NCBI RefSeq assembly: GCF_018350175.1
Contig: NC_058377.1
Coordinates: forward strand, 106,268,001 to 106,332,000
Source: Felis catus
Lineage: Eukaryota
Length of the DNA stretch: 64,000 bases
Direction of reading: 5' to 3'
The number at the start of each line of letters is the position of its first letter. Position 1 is the stretch's first letter. Positions 25,819-38,981 of the stretch are shown here, in pieces. The notes beneath the pieces were generated by a model, which had not been told where the DNA came from, made no database searches, and saw nothing but the letters and a program-made list of their open reading frames with translations. A program made the translations under genes and the position numbers.

Positions 25819-26889
25819 CTCCACCACATCCATCTGGCCTTCCCAGCTCTAGCCTGGGAGGATCTTTTTTAGAGGCAGCAGCATCTTACCCTGAGAGGGA
25901 GGAAGGGCGAGGATGTGTACATTCACGCTCCTCCGCAGAAAACTCCTTTCTATAATGAATAGCCCACTGCAAACGACCTCATTTTGAATGAACATAAAGG
26001 AATTAATTCACTGTCTGCCTCCTGATGTGTACAAGAAGGTTCAACCTCAACTCTGCCAAGTGCTTTCACAGACATCATCTCATTTAATCTACAGTAATCC
26101 TGTGAAGTGAGTATCAGTATCCCATTTTGCACTTGGGCGAAAATATGGTTAGGTAATTTGCCCCAAAGCGGTGGTAGAATTTGAACCTAGGTTGGTCTGA
26201 CTCCAAATACTATCCGTAACCCACTAAACCCACTTGTTTCTGAATTGAGAGCTGTCCAAGTTTAGGAAAGCATGTGCGTGTAAAGTGGTCAAGGAAATCG
26301 AGGCAGGTTAGGGGTTATAGTTGGCTTACTGAGGAAGGGTGCCGTAATGAGCACAGCCCTAGAGTCTGTATTTTGCACGTGAGCTTGTCCCAGTGAGAAG
26401 ACTCTTCTGCCCAAAGAAAATACCTAGTGGGAGCCCCATCAGTCCTGCAGGTGATGTTGGAGAGGTAAACTGAGCCCCACCAAGTGGGCAAGAAAACTAA
26501 TTTACACACCAAAGTTTAAAGCTTCGCTGCAGTCACATAAATGCAAATGCTTGGAAACTCAAAGTGCAGACAAGATCAAAAGAATAGAGACGCTTTCCTT
26601 GACAATACGCTTTTAAAACATACACAAGGGCACTTGGGTGGCTCACTCCGTTAAACGTCTGACTGCAGCTCGGGTCATGATCTCACGATTCATGAGTTCA
26701 AGTACCGCATGGGGCTCTGCTCCCGGCTTAGAGCCTGGGGCCTGCTTCAGATTCCGTGTCTCCCTCTCTCTGCCCCTACCCTGCTTGCAGTCTCTCTCTC
26801 TCTCTCTCTCTCTCTCAAAAATAAATAAAACACAAAACACACAAAACCATACATACCAACTCGCAAAACACCCAAGAGCTGTTGCTTTA

Positions 26890-27360
26890 AGAAGTCCGAC
26901 TCTTCAGCCTCACGTGACGCCCCGCGCCCAGATTCTTTTACAGCCCCTTAACAGAGGCCAATCGCGAGGCGGGAAGCCTGAGGGTGGGCGGGAACTTCGC
27001 AGGACGCTCGCCGATTGGTTGTGCTCCTGGAGGGCGGGGCCTGGGCTCAGAGAGAGGGAATTAGGGTGAGCAGGGTGAGTGGGAGCTGCCTTCGCCGCCA
27101 CCGCCGTCTGGGTAGCCGCCTTTGCCGCGCCAGAGCCTTCAGGTGAGCAGGCCCTCGCAGGCCCAAGGACTCTCCGTCCCGCTGTGGGCCCCGCACTGAC
27201 TAGCCTTAGCGCCGGCTCCGCTGGGGGCCCGCCCCCTTCGCTGACCACGTGACCCAAGTTCGGTAACCCCTGACCTCCTCCACCCTACCCCAGCACTTCT
27301 GGATCTGGGATGAAGGGAGGCTGGGTGGGAGGATGCGCTCCCCCGACGCCCGTGGCGGTC
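26890..27360 (+). promoter_or_regulatory. TAF6L CpG-island promoter and non-coding exon 1 (donor CAG|GTGAGC at 27142/27143)
   Basis: CCAAT boxes in both orientations, GC boxes, TCACGTGAC (26910) and CCACGTGAC (27245) USF/MiT-type E-boxes, strong donor. Confidence 0.7.
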
Positions 27361-27639
27361 AGTTCCCACGCCACTTTACCAGTGTGGCTAGTGGCTGGGG
27401 ATGCAGAGGAGAGGAGGTTGAGGAGGGGGAGACCTTGGTCAGAGCCAGGACTTTGTGGGTCTTAATATAGGCACATAATAAGGAAAGCCCTTTGCCCGTG
27501 GGCAGGACTTCATGCTCCCATTTTACAGGCAGGGAAACAGAAACTTCAGAATTATCCATTGGCGGGCCTCCAACTCCAGTCTTCGGGCTGGAAATCCAGG
27601 CCTTGTCCCTCACACAGCCTACCGCTCTGATGACTAGGA

Positions 27640-28140
27640 ACAGGAGTTGAGTCCCTGCTGCCTACTTAGTGCTCGCTGGATGTTCTTGGACAAGTCATTT
27701 AACATTTAACCTCTCTGAGCCTTGATTTCCTTGGCTGTGAAATAGACACGATACTTACATAACATCTATCTCATTGTTACTGAGAATAAGATGAGGTATA
27801 AGCCATATAAAGCACCTAACTGTGTGCCTCAGGCATAGCATGTGCTTGGGAAAAATAGCTATTCTTTATTCGGTTTTGCAGCAAGTGTTTATTGAAGGAG
27901 TATTATGTGCTGACCCTGTGCCGGACTCTGGGGATGCAAAGGTGAGCAAACTGGCATGATCCTAGCTGGGCATGGAGCTTACAATATAGTGGGGAGGTGT
28001 TATCCACACAGTTACACAATTGTATAGTTACCAACTGTGATAATCGCTTTGAAGGCCAAGTACTGGGACATTGTGGAGGTCTGAGAAGACTTCCCTGAGC
28101 AAGTGACGTTTGAACTGAGATCTGAAGGAGCCACTAGGAG
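27640..28140. mobile_element. MIR plus L2 remnants in TAF6L intron 1
   Basis: GGACAAGTCATTTAAC...CTCTCTGAGCCTTGATTTCC (MIR core) and GACGTTTGAACTGAGATCTGAAGGA (L2). Similar MIRs lie near 6950-7330, 18880-19070, 20780-21320, 26050-26200, 52190-52370 and 55430-55620. Confidence 0.6.
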
Positions 28141-29046
28141 CTCACTAGACAAAGAGATTGGAGGTGGAGGAGGAGGAGAGTGTTTCAACTAGGGGAAAGA
28201 GAGTGTACGAATGTCCTGGGATCAGGTGTTTTGGGGGAAATGGAAAGCGGCCATGGCGGGAATGCAGAACACAAGAGGGAAAGAAGGGTTGCAGAAGTAG
28301 ATGGATACGCAGGGCTTTGGAACCATGGTACAGGTTTGTTCTTTATTCCAAAGGCAATGTGGAGCCACTGGGAGAAATGCAGGGGGCCGGGTTAGGGACC
28401 TGGAGGTTTTTGGATTTAGGGACCTGGAGGTCACTGGTGACCCAGAAGCACCTGGAACTGGGCCTTGCTGCCTGTGGTGCTGACGCCTCACTTTGGCCCT
28501 AGTGGGCCTGCCCTCTCACTGTGGTGTCCGTCACTGGAATCGTTCATCAGTTGCTGTTTTTGTTGGGTTCTTATTCTGCCATATCCTGTGAACGGAAGAG
28601 CAGGTTCCTGCTGTTAGACCTCTAAGCCAGACTGGGGAAGATCAGACACATGGGCAAAAGCCCAGCTACTAAAAGCCTGACAATCCCTAATGGCATTCGG
28701 CGAGGAAGACCTTAAAAGACAGACTGGATTTGCCTTAGCAAAGAGGAGGGGTGGGGGGCTTGGAGTAGAGAGGGAGACGACCAGCCTGAGCACTGGTGGT
28801 GGAGCACAAGGCAGGCTGGAAGACTCTAGGCTGGTCTTACTGGGAGGAGGGATCAGCTTGAATAGCTGGGGGGATTTGGGACCAAATCCAGAATGTCAAG
28901 CTGGGAGCCGCCTGGGTGGCTCAGTCAGGTGAGCGTCACGGACTTCAGCTCAGGTCACGATCTCACGGTCGGTGAGTTTGAGCCCCGTATGGGGCCCCTT
29001 GCTGGCAGTGTGGAGCCTGCTTGGGATTCTCTCTCTTTCCCTCTGC

Positions 29047-29090
<44 letters not shown>

Positions 29091-29935
29091 AAATAGAGAA
29101 AGAAAGAAAAATGTCAAGCTGGGGAGTTTAGACTTTCTTTTAGAACCAGTGTGGAAGTACTAAAGATTTCTGAGCAAGGGAGTGTCAGGATACAAGTAGT
29201 GTTTTCATCAAGACTTAGTAGATAGTGGTGGTAGCAAGAATCAAGGAAGAAAACATGACTTTTTTTTTTCTTTTTTAACATTTATTTATTTTTGAGGGGG
29301 GCGGGCAGAGAAACGGGGACAGAGGATCCGAAGCAGGCTCTGCGCTGACAGCAGACAGCCCGAGATGCGGGGCTCAAACTCACAAACTGTGAGATCACGA
29401 CCGGACCAGAAGTCAGACACTTAAACGATTGAGCCATCCAGGCGCCCCTGAAGTTTTTATTTGTAACTAACCATGGTAACATCTTCCATCATCCCTTTGG
29501 GTGGTGTTCTGGTCCTTGGCTTTTTTCATACACCGTCTCGTTTTGGCCTCATAGCAACCCTGTGAGGTAGGGAGGGCGGTGGTGATTGCCTGTATCTTAC
29601 AAGTCCGGACACCAGCGCACAAGCTGATGACCAGGGCTCTCAGTCACATTCACTCAGGAGGTGGTAGATCATGGCTGGGACCCAGTTCTGTGAACCCCCT
29701 GAGGCCAGGCACTTTCTCAGGCATCCCCGTTGTCTGATCCAGCTCGTCTGTTTCTCGTTCTTAGCCTCAGTCTCCTCGCCTGGACACTCCGAGCCCCTGC
29801 GGCTCCTTGTTCAGGGATTCTGGAACAAGAGCAGCGAGACTGGTTCAGAAGGCCTTGAAGTCGGGCTCCTGGGCCCTGAGGGAGACTGGGTGGCTTCTCA
29901 AACCTTCTCTCCTGGCTCCCAGCTCCGTCGGGGCC

Positions 29936-32900
29936 ATGTCCGAGCGAGAAGAGCGGCGGTTTGTGGAGATCCCTCGGGAGTCGGTCCGGCTGATGGCGGA
30001 GAGCACGGGCCTGGAGCTGAGCGATGAGGTGGCAGCTCTTCTCGCGGAGGATGTGTGTTACCGTCTCAGAGAGGCCACCCAGGTACGCCCCCCTCGCCCC
30101 CCGCACCCCTCCCAGCTCCCCTTATTCTCTCCTTGATGGCTGCCTCCCACAGGGATTTACTACACAGCTGTATTTGCGGCACCTGCTCTGAGCTCTGAGG
30201 GACAGAGGCGGTCCTTGCCCTCTCCGGAGCTCCCCTTTCAGCCAGTGGGGCTTCTGGCAAACAAAGTGCTGGCTGGGCATCGTCCCCCCATTGCCCCTCT
30301 TCTCAACAGCCCCGCCAGGCAGGCCAGGCAAGTTCACACTCACATTCTGCGTGTGAGAAACTGGGTCACAGAGAGGGAACATCACATGGGGGATGCTGTC
30401 TGCACCAGAGCAGAGCCAGATTCTGGGCTTCCTGGTGTCCTCTTTGCCTCCTCCCCAGGCTGTCTCTCTTCCCCTGGGGACTCCATACCCCCTTCTCCCT
30501 GTCCCCTGACTTTGTTCCTCCCCTCCCAGAATAGCTCTCAATTCATGAAACATACCAAACGGCGGAAGCTGACTGTCGAGGACTTCAACAGGGCCCTCCG
30601 CTGGAGCAGCGTGGAGGTGAGTTGAGCGCGGGCTGCACAGGGCTCAGGTGGCACGACCCACCCCGTGCCCAGCACAGACCTAAAGACCAAATGTGCACAC
30701 AGGGGCAGCTCACAGAAACCACAGGGTAGGTGCCCGGGGGCCAGGAGGTTAGGGAAGCCTTGGAAGAACTGGGACTTGAGCCGGGCTTTAAAGGGAGGCT
30801 TGGGTTAGGCTAAGCCAAGAGGAGAAGAGGAGACATTCTGGGGAAGGGAGGAGCCTGGGCATAAATGTGGGTATTAGACTGTCCTGCCCAGTTGTTGTGG
30901 GGCAGGGACTTGAGGGAAGAAGATCATGTTTAGAAGAGAATAGTGTTGGGGTGCCTGGCTGGCTCAGGAGAGCATGTGACTTTTCTTTTTTGGTGGGGGG
31001 AGAGCGCAGGCCGGGGAGGGGCAGTGAGAGGGGGACAGAGGATCCAAAGCGGGCTCTGTGCTGACAGCAGCGAGCCCGATGTGGGGCTCAAACTCACCAG
31101 CCGTGAGATCATGACCTGAAACGAAGTAGGATGCTTAACTGACTGAGCCGCTCAGGTGCCCCAGCATGCGACTCTTAATCTTAGGGTTGTGAGTTCGTTT
31201 GAGCCTCATGTCGGGCCTGGAGCTTACTTTAAAAAAAGAGGGGGAGGGCGCCTGGGTGGCTTAGTTGGTTGAGCGTCTGGCTCTTAATTTCGGCTCAGGT
31301 CATGATCTCAGGGTCCTGGGAGCAACTTATTCTGAGTGAGGAGGCTGCTTGGGATATTCTCTCTCTCTCCCTTTCCCTCTTTCTCTCTCCCTACCCCGCC
31401 GCCCCTCTCTTCCGCCCACACGCTCACACACGCACTCTCTCTAAAATAAAAAAAAAAGTTTATTTAATTTTTTTAAAATGCTTTTTGTTTATTTTCTAGA
31501 GAGTGCAAACAGGGGAGGGGCGGGAAGTTGGGGGGCAGAGAATCTGAAGCAGGCTCTGAGCTTTCAGCACAGAGCCCGCTGTCGGGCTTGAACTCACGAA
31601 CCCCAAGATTGTGACCGAAGCCAAAGTCGGATGCTCAACCAACTGAGCCACCCAGGTGCCCCTACGTTAAAAAAAAAAAAAAATTATTAAAAAATATAGT
31701 GTTTTCAAAGTTGGGTGAATGTTTGGAGGGCTGGCGGCAGGGGGTTGGGTCTCAGAGCCCGTATGGTTCTGGAAGGACAGACCAGGCTCTACTCCCTGAC
31801 CCAGTGAGTACCGGATGCTCCAGCCAAATTCCCGGCAATAGGCCTGAAGCCTCAGGCATCTCCCCTTTTCTCAGACTCTTGGATTTCCCTCAAACGTAGG
31901 CCCCCTGCCCTGGTCAGTAGATCGCCTCTCCCCTTCCTGGATTCAGCCTGCCCTCCGATCCTCTCTTTGCTCAGGCTGTGTGTGGCTATGGATCCCAGGA
32001 GGCGCTGCCCCTGCGCCCTGCCAGGGAGGGCGAGCTCTACTTCCCTGAGGACCGAGAGGTGAACCTGGTAGAGCTGGCCCTGGCCACCAACATCCCCAAA
32101 GGCTGTGCCGAGACAGCTGTGAGAGGTGACTGCCGAGGTCCTCCATGGGGTGGGGACAGGAACTGGGCTGTCAGAGGAGGGGTGGGTGGGGCAGAACTCC
32201 TGCATGGGTTGGTGCTACGAGGGGCAGAACCCCCTTAGCTGACCGATCTGTGCTCTGGTTCTAGTTCATGTGTCCTACCTAGATGGCAAAGGGAACCTGG
32301 CGCCTCAAGGATCAGGTAAGGGGTAGTACGGGGAACGGGCTTTCTGGACTTTCCTTCCTTAGGAGCTAAGGGGGAGGGGGGTGTTCCTGTACCTCTCTGC
32401 TTCTTTTTTTTGTTTGATTTTAAGTTTATTTTGAGAGAGAGCGCAAGCGTGAACAGGGGAGGGGCAGAGAGAGGCGGGGGAGAGAACCTAAAGCAGGCTC
32501 CTCGTTGTCAGCGCAGAGCCCAATGCGGGGCTCGAACTCATGAACCGTGAGATCATGACCCGAGCCAAAATTGAGTTGGATGCTTGGAAAAAAAAACAAC
32601 AAAAAACCCCGAGTTGGACGCCTAACTGAGCCACCCAGGCACTCCTGTACCTCTGATTCTTCATCTCACAAGTACTTACTGATGCCCCGTTCTGAGTGGG
32701 CACTAGTCCCTGCCCAGAGGGTTCAGATTTGGAGCTATGAGCCCAGACCTGGGACCAGTCATGATGCCGGGTGTTGGATGCTAGCACAGAAGTCTGGGCA
32801 ACCGGGTTCCCTGAGGGCAAGTGTCCAGGAGGGACTGAGGACTGAGCAGGAACCTTCGTGGCAGAGGACAGGTGGGAGGCACAGTACGGAGCACAGAGGT

Positions 32901-33224
32901 GTGGAAAGCCTGCAGGCTCAGGGCTGAGCAGGGCTGCTCCGAGGAGTTGGTGGCTGTGTGCTCTGGGAGTCCCGTGTGAACAGGCTTCTGGTGGGGAGGG
33001 GAGGGAGGGGAGGCGGCAGGTGAGGTTGGGCTGGGCTGACCCTGACCACCTCCTGCCCATCCTCCCACAGTGCCCAGCGCCGTGTCTTCGCTGACCGATG
33101 ACCTTCTCAAGTACTACCAGCAAGTGACTCGAGCCGTGCTGGGGGACGATCCGCAGCTGATGAAGGTGAGCGAGTGGACCCGAATTGGGGCACAAAGTCC
33201 AGTTTTCAAATCCCCATGGAATTC

Positions 33225-33268
<44 letters not shown>

Positions 33269-36200
33269 TTTATTTATTTACTTAGAGCCAGTGTGAGTTG
33301 GCGGGGGCGGTGTAGAGAAAGAGGCATAGAGAAGGAATCCCAAGCAGGCTCCACATGCTCAGCGCAGAGCCCGACACGGGGCTCGATCCCAGAAAGCGGG
33401 AGATTATGACTGAACCCGGAGCAAGAGTCAGACGCCTAACTGACTGAGCCACCCAGGCGCCCCCCACAGAGCTCTTTCAGGCCCCTACTTCCTGTCCACT
33501 GCACACACCTGATGTGGGTGGGAGCGGGGGTGCAGGGCTCTGAGGCCGCCCTCCTCCAGGACCGCCTTGCTCTGCCCACTCCAGCGGGAACTCCTGCTCT
33601 CCAGGGAACGGGCAGCTCAGCAGGGCCATCTGGGGGGACTCGGGTGGTCAGTACCCGCACACCTTGATTCCAGAGCCTGCTCTCTGGGGTGCCTGTTGAC
33701 TTGGGGCCGAGTGAGGCAGCCACGTGGCGGCTCTCATTTGTGAGGACTTGAGAGGGAGAGAAGGGAAGCGGAAGGAGCCGGGGTCAGGGTGCCCGGCCAG
33801 ACCTGCTCGGAGAGACCCTGCCGCTTTAGCCTCTGGGACTCCGCAGGCTGCCTGTGGTCAGTCCTCCTGTGTCCAGAGTCGGGCGAGCATTAGTTTGCTG
33901 GTCTGCTCCACCATGTGGCCTCTCGGGGTTTCTATCCTTCTTCCCGTGTCTGGCTGTTGCTCCCATTCCTTAGGAGCTTGGCTCCGTTCCCCAGGCACCG
34001 TGCCGATGGGATGGGTGGGGGGCCTGGGGGCTGAGCTCCTGTCCCACTAGTCTGCTGTCTGCTCTCGTAGTGCCTGAGCATAGGAGCTTTATCCAGAGGG
34101 GTCTGGAGGTCACAGGTAGTGGAGATTCAGGGTTAAGAGGACTTTTCTCATTTACTTAACTCTTTTTTCTGCTTATAAAAGTTATATCAGCATGTTTATT
34201 ATAGAAGTATTGTAATATAGAGGGGCACCTGGGTTGCTCAGTCAGTTAAGCATCCGACTTCGGCTCAGGTCGTGATCTTGTGGTTTGTGAGTTCGAGCCC
34301 CATGTCAGGTTCTGTGCAGACAGCTGGGAGCCTCGAGCCTGCTTCGGATTCTGTGTTTCCCTCTCTCTCTCTGCCCCTCCCCCGTTCATTGTCTGTCTCT
34401 TGTCTCTCCGAAAAATAAATACACGTCAAAAAAAATTTTTTTAGGGGCGCCTGGGTGGCTCAGTCGGTTAAACGTCCGACTTTGGCTCAGGTCATGATCT
34501 CATGGTTCGTGAGTTCAAGCCCCACATCGGGCTCTGTGCTGACAGCTCGGAGCCTAGAGCCTGCTTCGGATTCTGTGTCTCCCTCTTTGCTCCTCCCCCA
34601 TTCTCACTGTCTCCATCAAATAAAAAAACATTAAAAAAATTTTTTAAAAGATTTAAAAAAGAAAGTGAAAGTTTCCTATGGAAACATGTTTTCTCCCCCC
34701 AAGTTTTAACTGTAATTTCTCTAGTATAAACCAAGGTGGTATTATAGTAAACATCTGGTTTTAGAACAAGTGCTTTTCTCAGTTAAAACTACGTTGGCCA
34801 TTTAGGTTGTGGGCAGTTTTTATTATTACAGACTGTGCTGTGAGTGGGTATGTGTGTAAGTGGGTCACTTTTATGGTGGGTTAAATTTATAGCAGTACAC
34901 TTGAATAATCAAAGAATATGAACATTTACATTTTTTAAAAATTTATTTATTTTGAGAGAGAACATTTAAATTGTAATACACAAGAAGTAAACTGTCCTCT
35001 AAAAAATGTCAGTTTAGGGGCACCTGGGTGGCTCAGTCAGTTGAGCGTCACACTTCGGCTCAGGTCGTGATCTTGCAGTTCTGTGGGTTCGAGCCCTGCA
35101 TCGGGCCCTGTGCTAACAGCTCAGAGCCTGGAGCCTGCTTTGGATTCTGTCTCTCCCGCTTTCTGTGTTTCTCCCCTGCTGGCGCTCTATGTCTCTCTCT
35201 CTCTCTCAAAAATAAATAAAGATTTAAAAAAAAAAAATTTTTTTTTTTTTTTTAAATGTCAGTTTCTACTTGGGGCTGGAGGACCCAGTGCAGTCTGGCC
35301 TCTTCCTTTTCAGATCGCTCTCCAGGACCTGCAGACGAACTCCAAGATCGCAGCACTCCTCCCCTACTTTGTTTACGTGGTCAGTGGGGTGAGTGACGCG
35401 GCTGCGGCAGGGTGGGGACGGTTTGTGGGGAGATAACCCGGCACCGGGTAGGGCTCATGGCAGGCGCCGTCGCGGCGGTGGGCTCCTACCCGCACCCTCG
35501 TGTCCCCCTAAGCCACCCTCTTCTACAAACAGGTGAAATCTGTAAGCCACGATCTGGAGCAGCTGCACCGGCTCCTCCAAGTGGCTCGGAGCCTGGTTCG
35601 GAACCCACACCTCTGCCTGGGGCCCTATGTCCGCTCCCTGGTAGGGAGTGTCCTCTACTGCGTGCTGGAGCCACTGGCTGCCTCCATCAACCCTCTGAAC
35701 GACCACTGGACTCTTCGGGATGGGGCTGCCCTCCTGCTCAGCCACATCTTCTGGTAGCCGCTGGGCCTAGCTGAACGAAGGGTGGGGCTGTCACCGTGCC
35801 GAGGGGTTGCGTTCGGGAGCTGGTGAGACGTCTGGCTTTGAGGCCATGCGTTGAGGGGGCAGGGAGCCTCTTCCATTAGAGCTTCCCAGTCGGTGTGCGT
35901 CGGCGCGCTGGGATTCTAGAGATGGACACCCGATATCCCCAGGGCTGGGCCCTCCGGCCCTTCAGGTGGCCTTCGCTCCCCCTTAGCCTTCCTTGTCCAC
36001 TTACCCCAGTGCGCCCCGGCCGGAGTCCAGTTTAGGCTGCCCTGTGCCTCATTCTCCTCTCTGACTGAATGCCGCTCCCGTAGGACACACGGGGACCTTG
36101 TGAGTGGCCTTTATCAGCAGATCCTGCTCTCCCTGCAGAAGGTGTTGGCAGACCCCGTGCGGCCTCTCTGCTCTCACTACGGGGCTGTGGTGGGGCTGCA

Positions 36201-38828
36201 TGCCCTCGGCTGGAAGGTGAGGACCCCGGCCTTTCCCACACACAGAGCCGGAAGAGCTCCCATTTGTAATCAGAAAAATAGTATTTGTGTGTCTTTTATC
36301 ATGAAACTGGTATATGCTTGGGCCGCCTGCATGGCTCAATTGCTCAGGCATCTGACTCTTGATTTTGGCTCAGGTCATGGTCTCAACGGTTCGTGGGTTT
36401 GAGCCCCACATCGGGCTCCGCGCTGACAGCATGGAGCCTGTTCGGGATTCTTTCTGTCTCCCTCTCTCTCTGCCCCTCCCCTGCTTGCTCTCTCTCTCTC
36501 TCTCAAAATAAAAATAAATTTAAAAACTAAAAAAAAAGGTATATGCTTGCTGTTGCCATGTACTGAGCTCTTGCCTTAGGCCACACTATTTGATAGCTTG
36601 CCTTTCTGTGTATAAATGTCTTATCCTTTCAAAAGTTCTACATGGCAGGTATTAGTATATCCCCACTTCATAAATTCCTGGCCATTCTCTGTTAATCATC
36701 TTAAGGAACCACCCCTCAATTCCTCTTGTATTGAGGGTTTGTTTTTGTTTTTTTAATGTTTGTTTATTTTGAGAGAGACAGAAGGAGCCTGAGTGGGGGA
36801 GGGGAAGAGAGAGAGGGAGAGAGAGAATCCCAAGCAGGCTCAGCACGGAGCCTGATGCGGGTCTCCAGCTCACAGACTGGGAGATCATGACCTGGGCCAA
36901 AATCAAGAGTTGGGTGCGTAACAGACTGAGCTGCACAGGCATTCCCTTGTTTGTTTTGATAAGATCTCAGACTGTCTTTGTAAATGTTGGCACTGTGTCT
37001 TTTTTTGTGGTTAGATATTTTATTTAACTACTACAGTTATAGAATTATTTAAGCTCTTATACTTGAGTCAGCCGTAAGTTGTGTTTTTCTCGGAACTTGT
37101 TGATTTTTTTAACGTTTTCAAATCCTCAGGCTGTGGATGCCTAACCAAAGAACTCTTAACGCATCAAAGCCTGTAACAGATGTCACATCCTCTGTGAAGT
37201 CTTTTTTTTTTTTTTTTTTTTTTTAATAGAATGTGCAAGAGTGAGAGGAGTGGGTGGAGGGAGAGGGAGGGAATGTTAAGCAGGCTTGTGACCTGAGCCA
37301 AAATCAAGAGTCCGTTGCTTAACTGAGCCACCGAGGCCGTCCATCCTCTGTGAAGTCTTAATTGCTTTCCTCAAAATTAATCACAGGATTAAAATCATAT
37401 AATCAGAGTCCAGGCCTCTGATCGGTTGTTTGTTTTTGTGCAGGTGGCCTGAACTGAGTCCCAGTGTACATTTAAGCAATAGTACTTGCCTATTGACTGT
37501 ATACGGTTAACAGTTGGCAAATTAAATTTGTCTGTTAGCAGTGGGCATTACCTAGATCCTCTAGCCCTTGTCATACATGTCAGTGATAACAGGGTCACTT
37601 TACGTGGTCTTTGTACCTGACCTTCATTCTCAGTGCTTAGCCAAGGCTTGGGCATACAGTGGGTTCCAAATAAATGTTGGCTGAATATGCCAAGCTGAGA
37701 ATTTCCTGTCAGAGGTAAAAGTACGTCTTCCGTGGGCAAGGGTACCTGAGAGGCAATAAGCAACAAGGTGCTTACTGCATTCCCTTTTCCCTTCCAGGCA
37801 GTAGAACGAGTACTGTACCCACACCTGTCCACTTACTGGACAAATCTGCAGGCTGTGCTAGATGATTACTCCGTATCTAATGCCCAAGTTAAAGCAGATG
37901 GACACAAGGTCTACGGAGCCATTCTGGTGAGTGCCTGCCCCTTCCGGTCTCCCTTCCCTGGCGTGAGCGCAGCAGCTCACCTGCCTTAACTTTGGAAAAC
38001 TCGATGGGCCCAGGTTCCTCCTAGTTCTTGCCTATCCTAGTCCCTCTGCTCTTACAGGTGGCCGTGGAGAGACTGCTGAAGATGAAGGCCCAGGCGGCAG
38101 AGCCCAGCAAGGGGGGCCCAAGCGGCAGGGGGTGCCGGCGCTCGGACGACCTGCCGTGGGACAGCCTTCTCCTGCAGGAGTCTCCCTCCGGGGGCAGCGC
38201 GGAGCCAGGCTTTGGGTCTGTCGTCCCGCCGCCGCCAGGAGGCGCGGGGCCGGAGGATCCTTCCCCATCGGTGACCCTGGCGGACATCTACCGGGAGCTG
38301 TACGCCTTCTTCGGTGACAGCTTGGCCACCCGCTTCGGCACGGGCCAGCCCGCGCCCACCACTCCGCGGCCGCCCGGGGACAAGAAGGAGCCGGCGGCCG
38401 CTCCGGATTCGGTGCGGAAGATGCCGCAGCTGACGGCCAACGCCATGGTCAGCCCGCAGGGCGACGAGAGTCCCCGGAGCGGCGGCCCCGCGTCGGCCTC
38501 CGCGCCCGCCGCCTCTGAGAGCAGGCCGCTGCCGCGCGTGCATCGGGCGCGGGGGGCGCCCCGGCAGCAGGGCCCCGGCGCCGGCACCCGCGACGTCTTC
38601 CAGAAGAGCCGTTTCGCCCCGCGCGGCGCCCCCCACTTCCGCTTCATTATTGCCGGGCGGCAGGCCGGGAGGCGATGCCGCGGGCGCCTCTTCCAGACCG
38701 CCTTCCCCGCGCCGTACGGGCCCAGCCCGGCCTCCCGCTACGTGCAGAAGCTGCCCATGATCGGCCGCACCGGCCGCCCGGCCCGCCGCTGGGCACTGTC
38801 GGACTACTCGCTGTACCTGCCGCTCTGA
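29936..38828 (+). CDS. TAF6L: TAF6L, TAF6-like subunit of SAGA/PCAF complexes (histone fold), 619 aa
   Basis: join(29936-30082,30530-30616,31975-32125,32265-32315,33071-33165,35314-35388,35533-35753,36084-36216,37798-37926,38058-38828) = 1860 nt, all GT-AG. MSEREERRFVEIPRESVRLMAESTGLELSDEVAALLAEDVCYRLREATQ...ARRWALSDYSLYLPL*. Confidence 0.97.
30948..37340. mobile_element. multiple Can-SINEs in TAF6L introns (about 12 copies, both orientations)
   Basis: Copies at about 30948-31660, 32400-32645, 33230-33462, 34222-34650, 35017-35235, 36320-36535, 36745-36942, 37200-37340. Confidence 0.85.
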
Positions 38829-38872
38829 AGCGGCGCTGGCCCCCCCCCCAGCCCCGCCCACCGGCCTCTGTA

Positions 38873-38878
38873 AATAAA
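38873..38878 (+). terminator. TAF6L poly(A) signal AATAAA
   Basis: Canonical hexamer 45 nt after the stop codon. Confidence 0.8.
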
Positions 38879-38885
38879 GCCCCTG

Positions 38886-38899
38886 TCGGAAGTGACGTC
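38886..38899 (+). promoter_or_regulatory. ETS-CRE composite element in the TMEM179B core promoter
   Basis: TCGGAAGTGACGTC: overlapping CGGAAGT and TGACGTC, 83-96 nt upstream of the TMEM179B ATG. Confidence 0.6.
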
Positions 38900-38981
38900 T
38901 GCGCGCTCGTGGGTCGCGCCGGATGAGGCGGGGCTTGGGTGGTTGGCTCCCGCGGCGGCACTTCCTAGTGGCGAGGGCGCC

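Noticed and set aside
38052-38861. 269-aa antisense ORF over TAF6L exon 11
   Set aside because: Expected shadow of a very GC-rich coding exon (few stop codons); low-complexity Gly/Ala/Arg translation with no recognisable domain.
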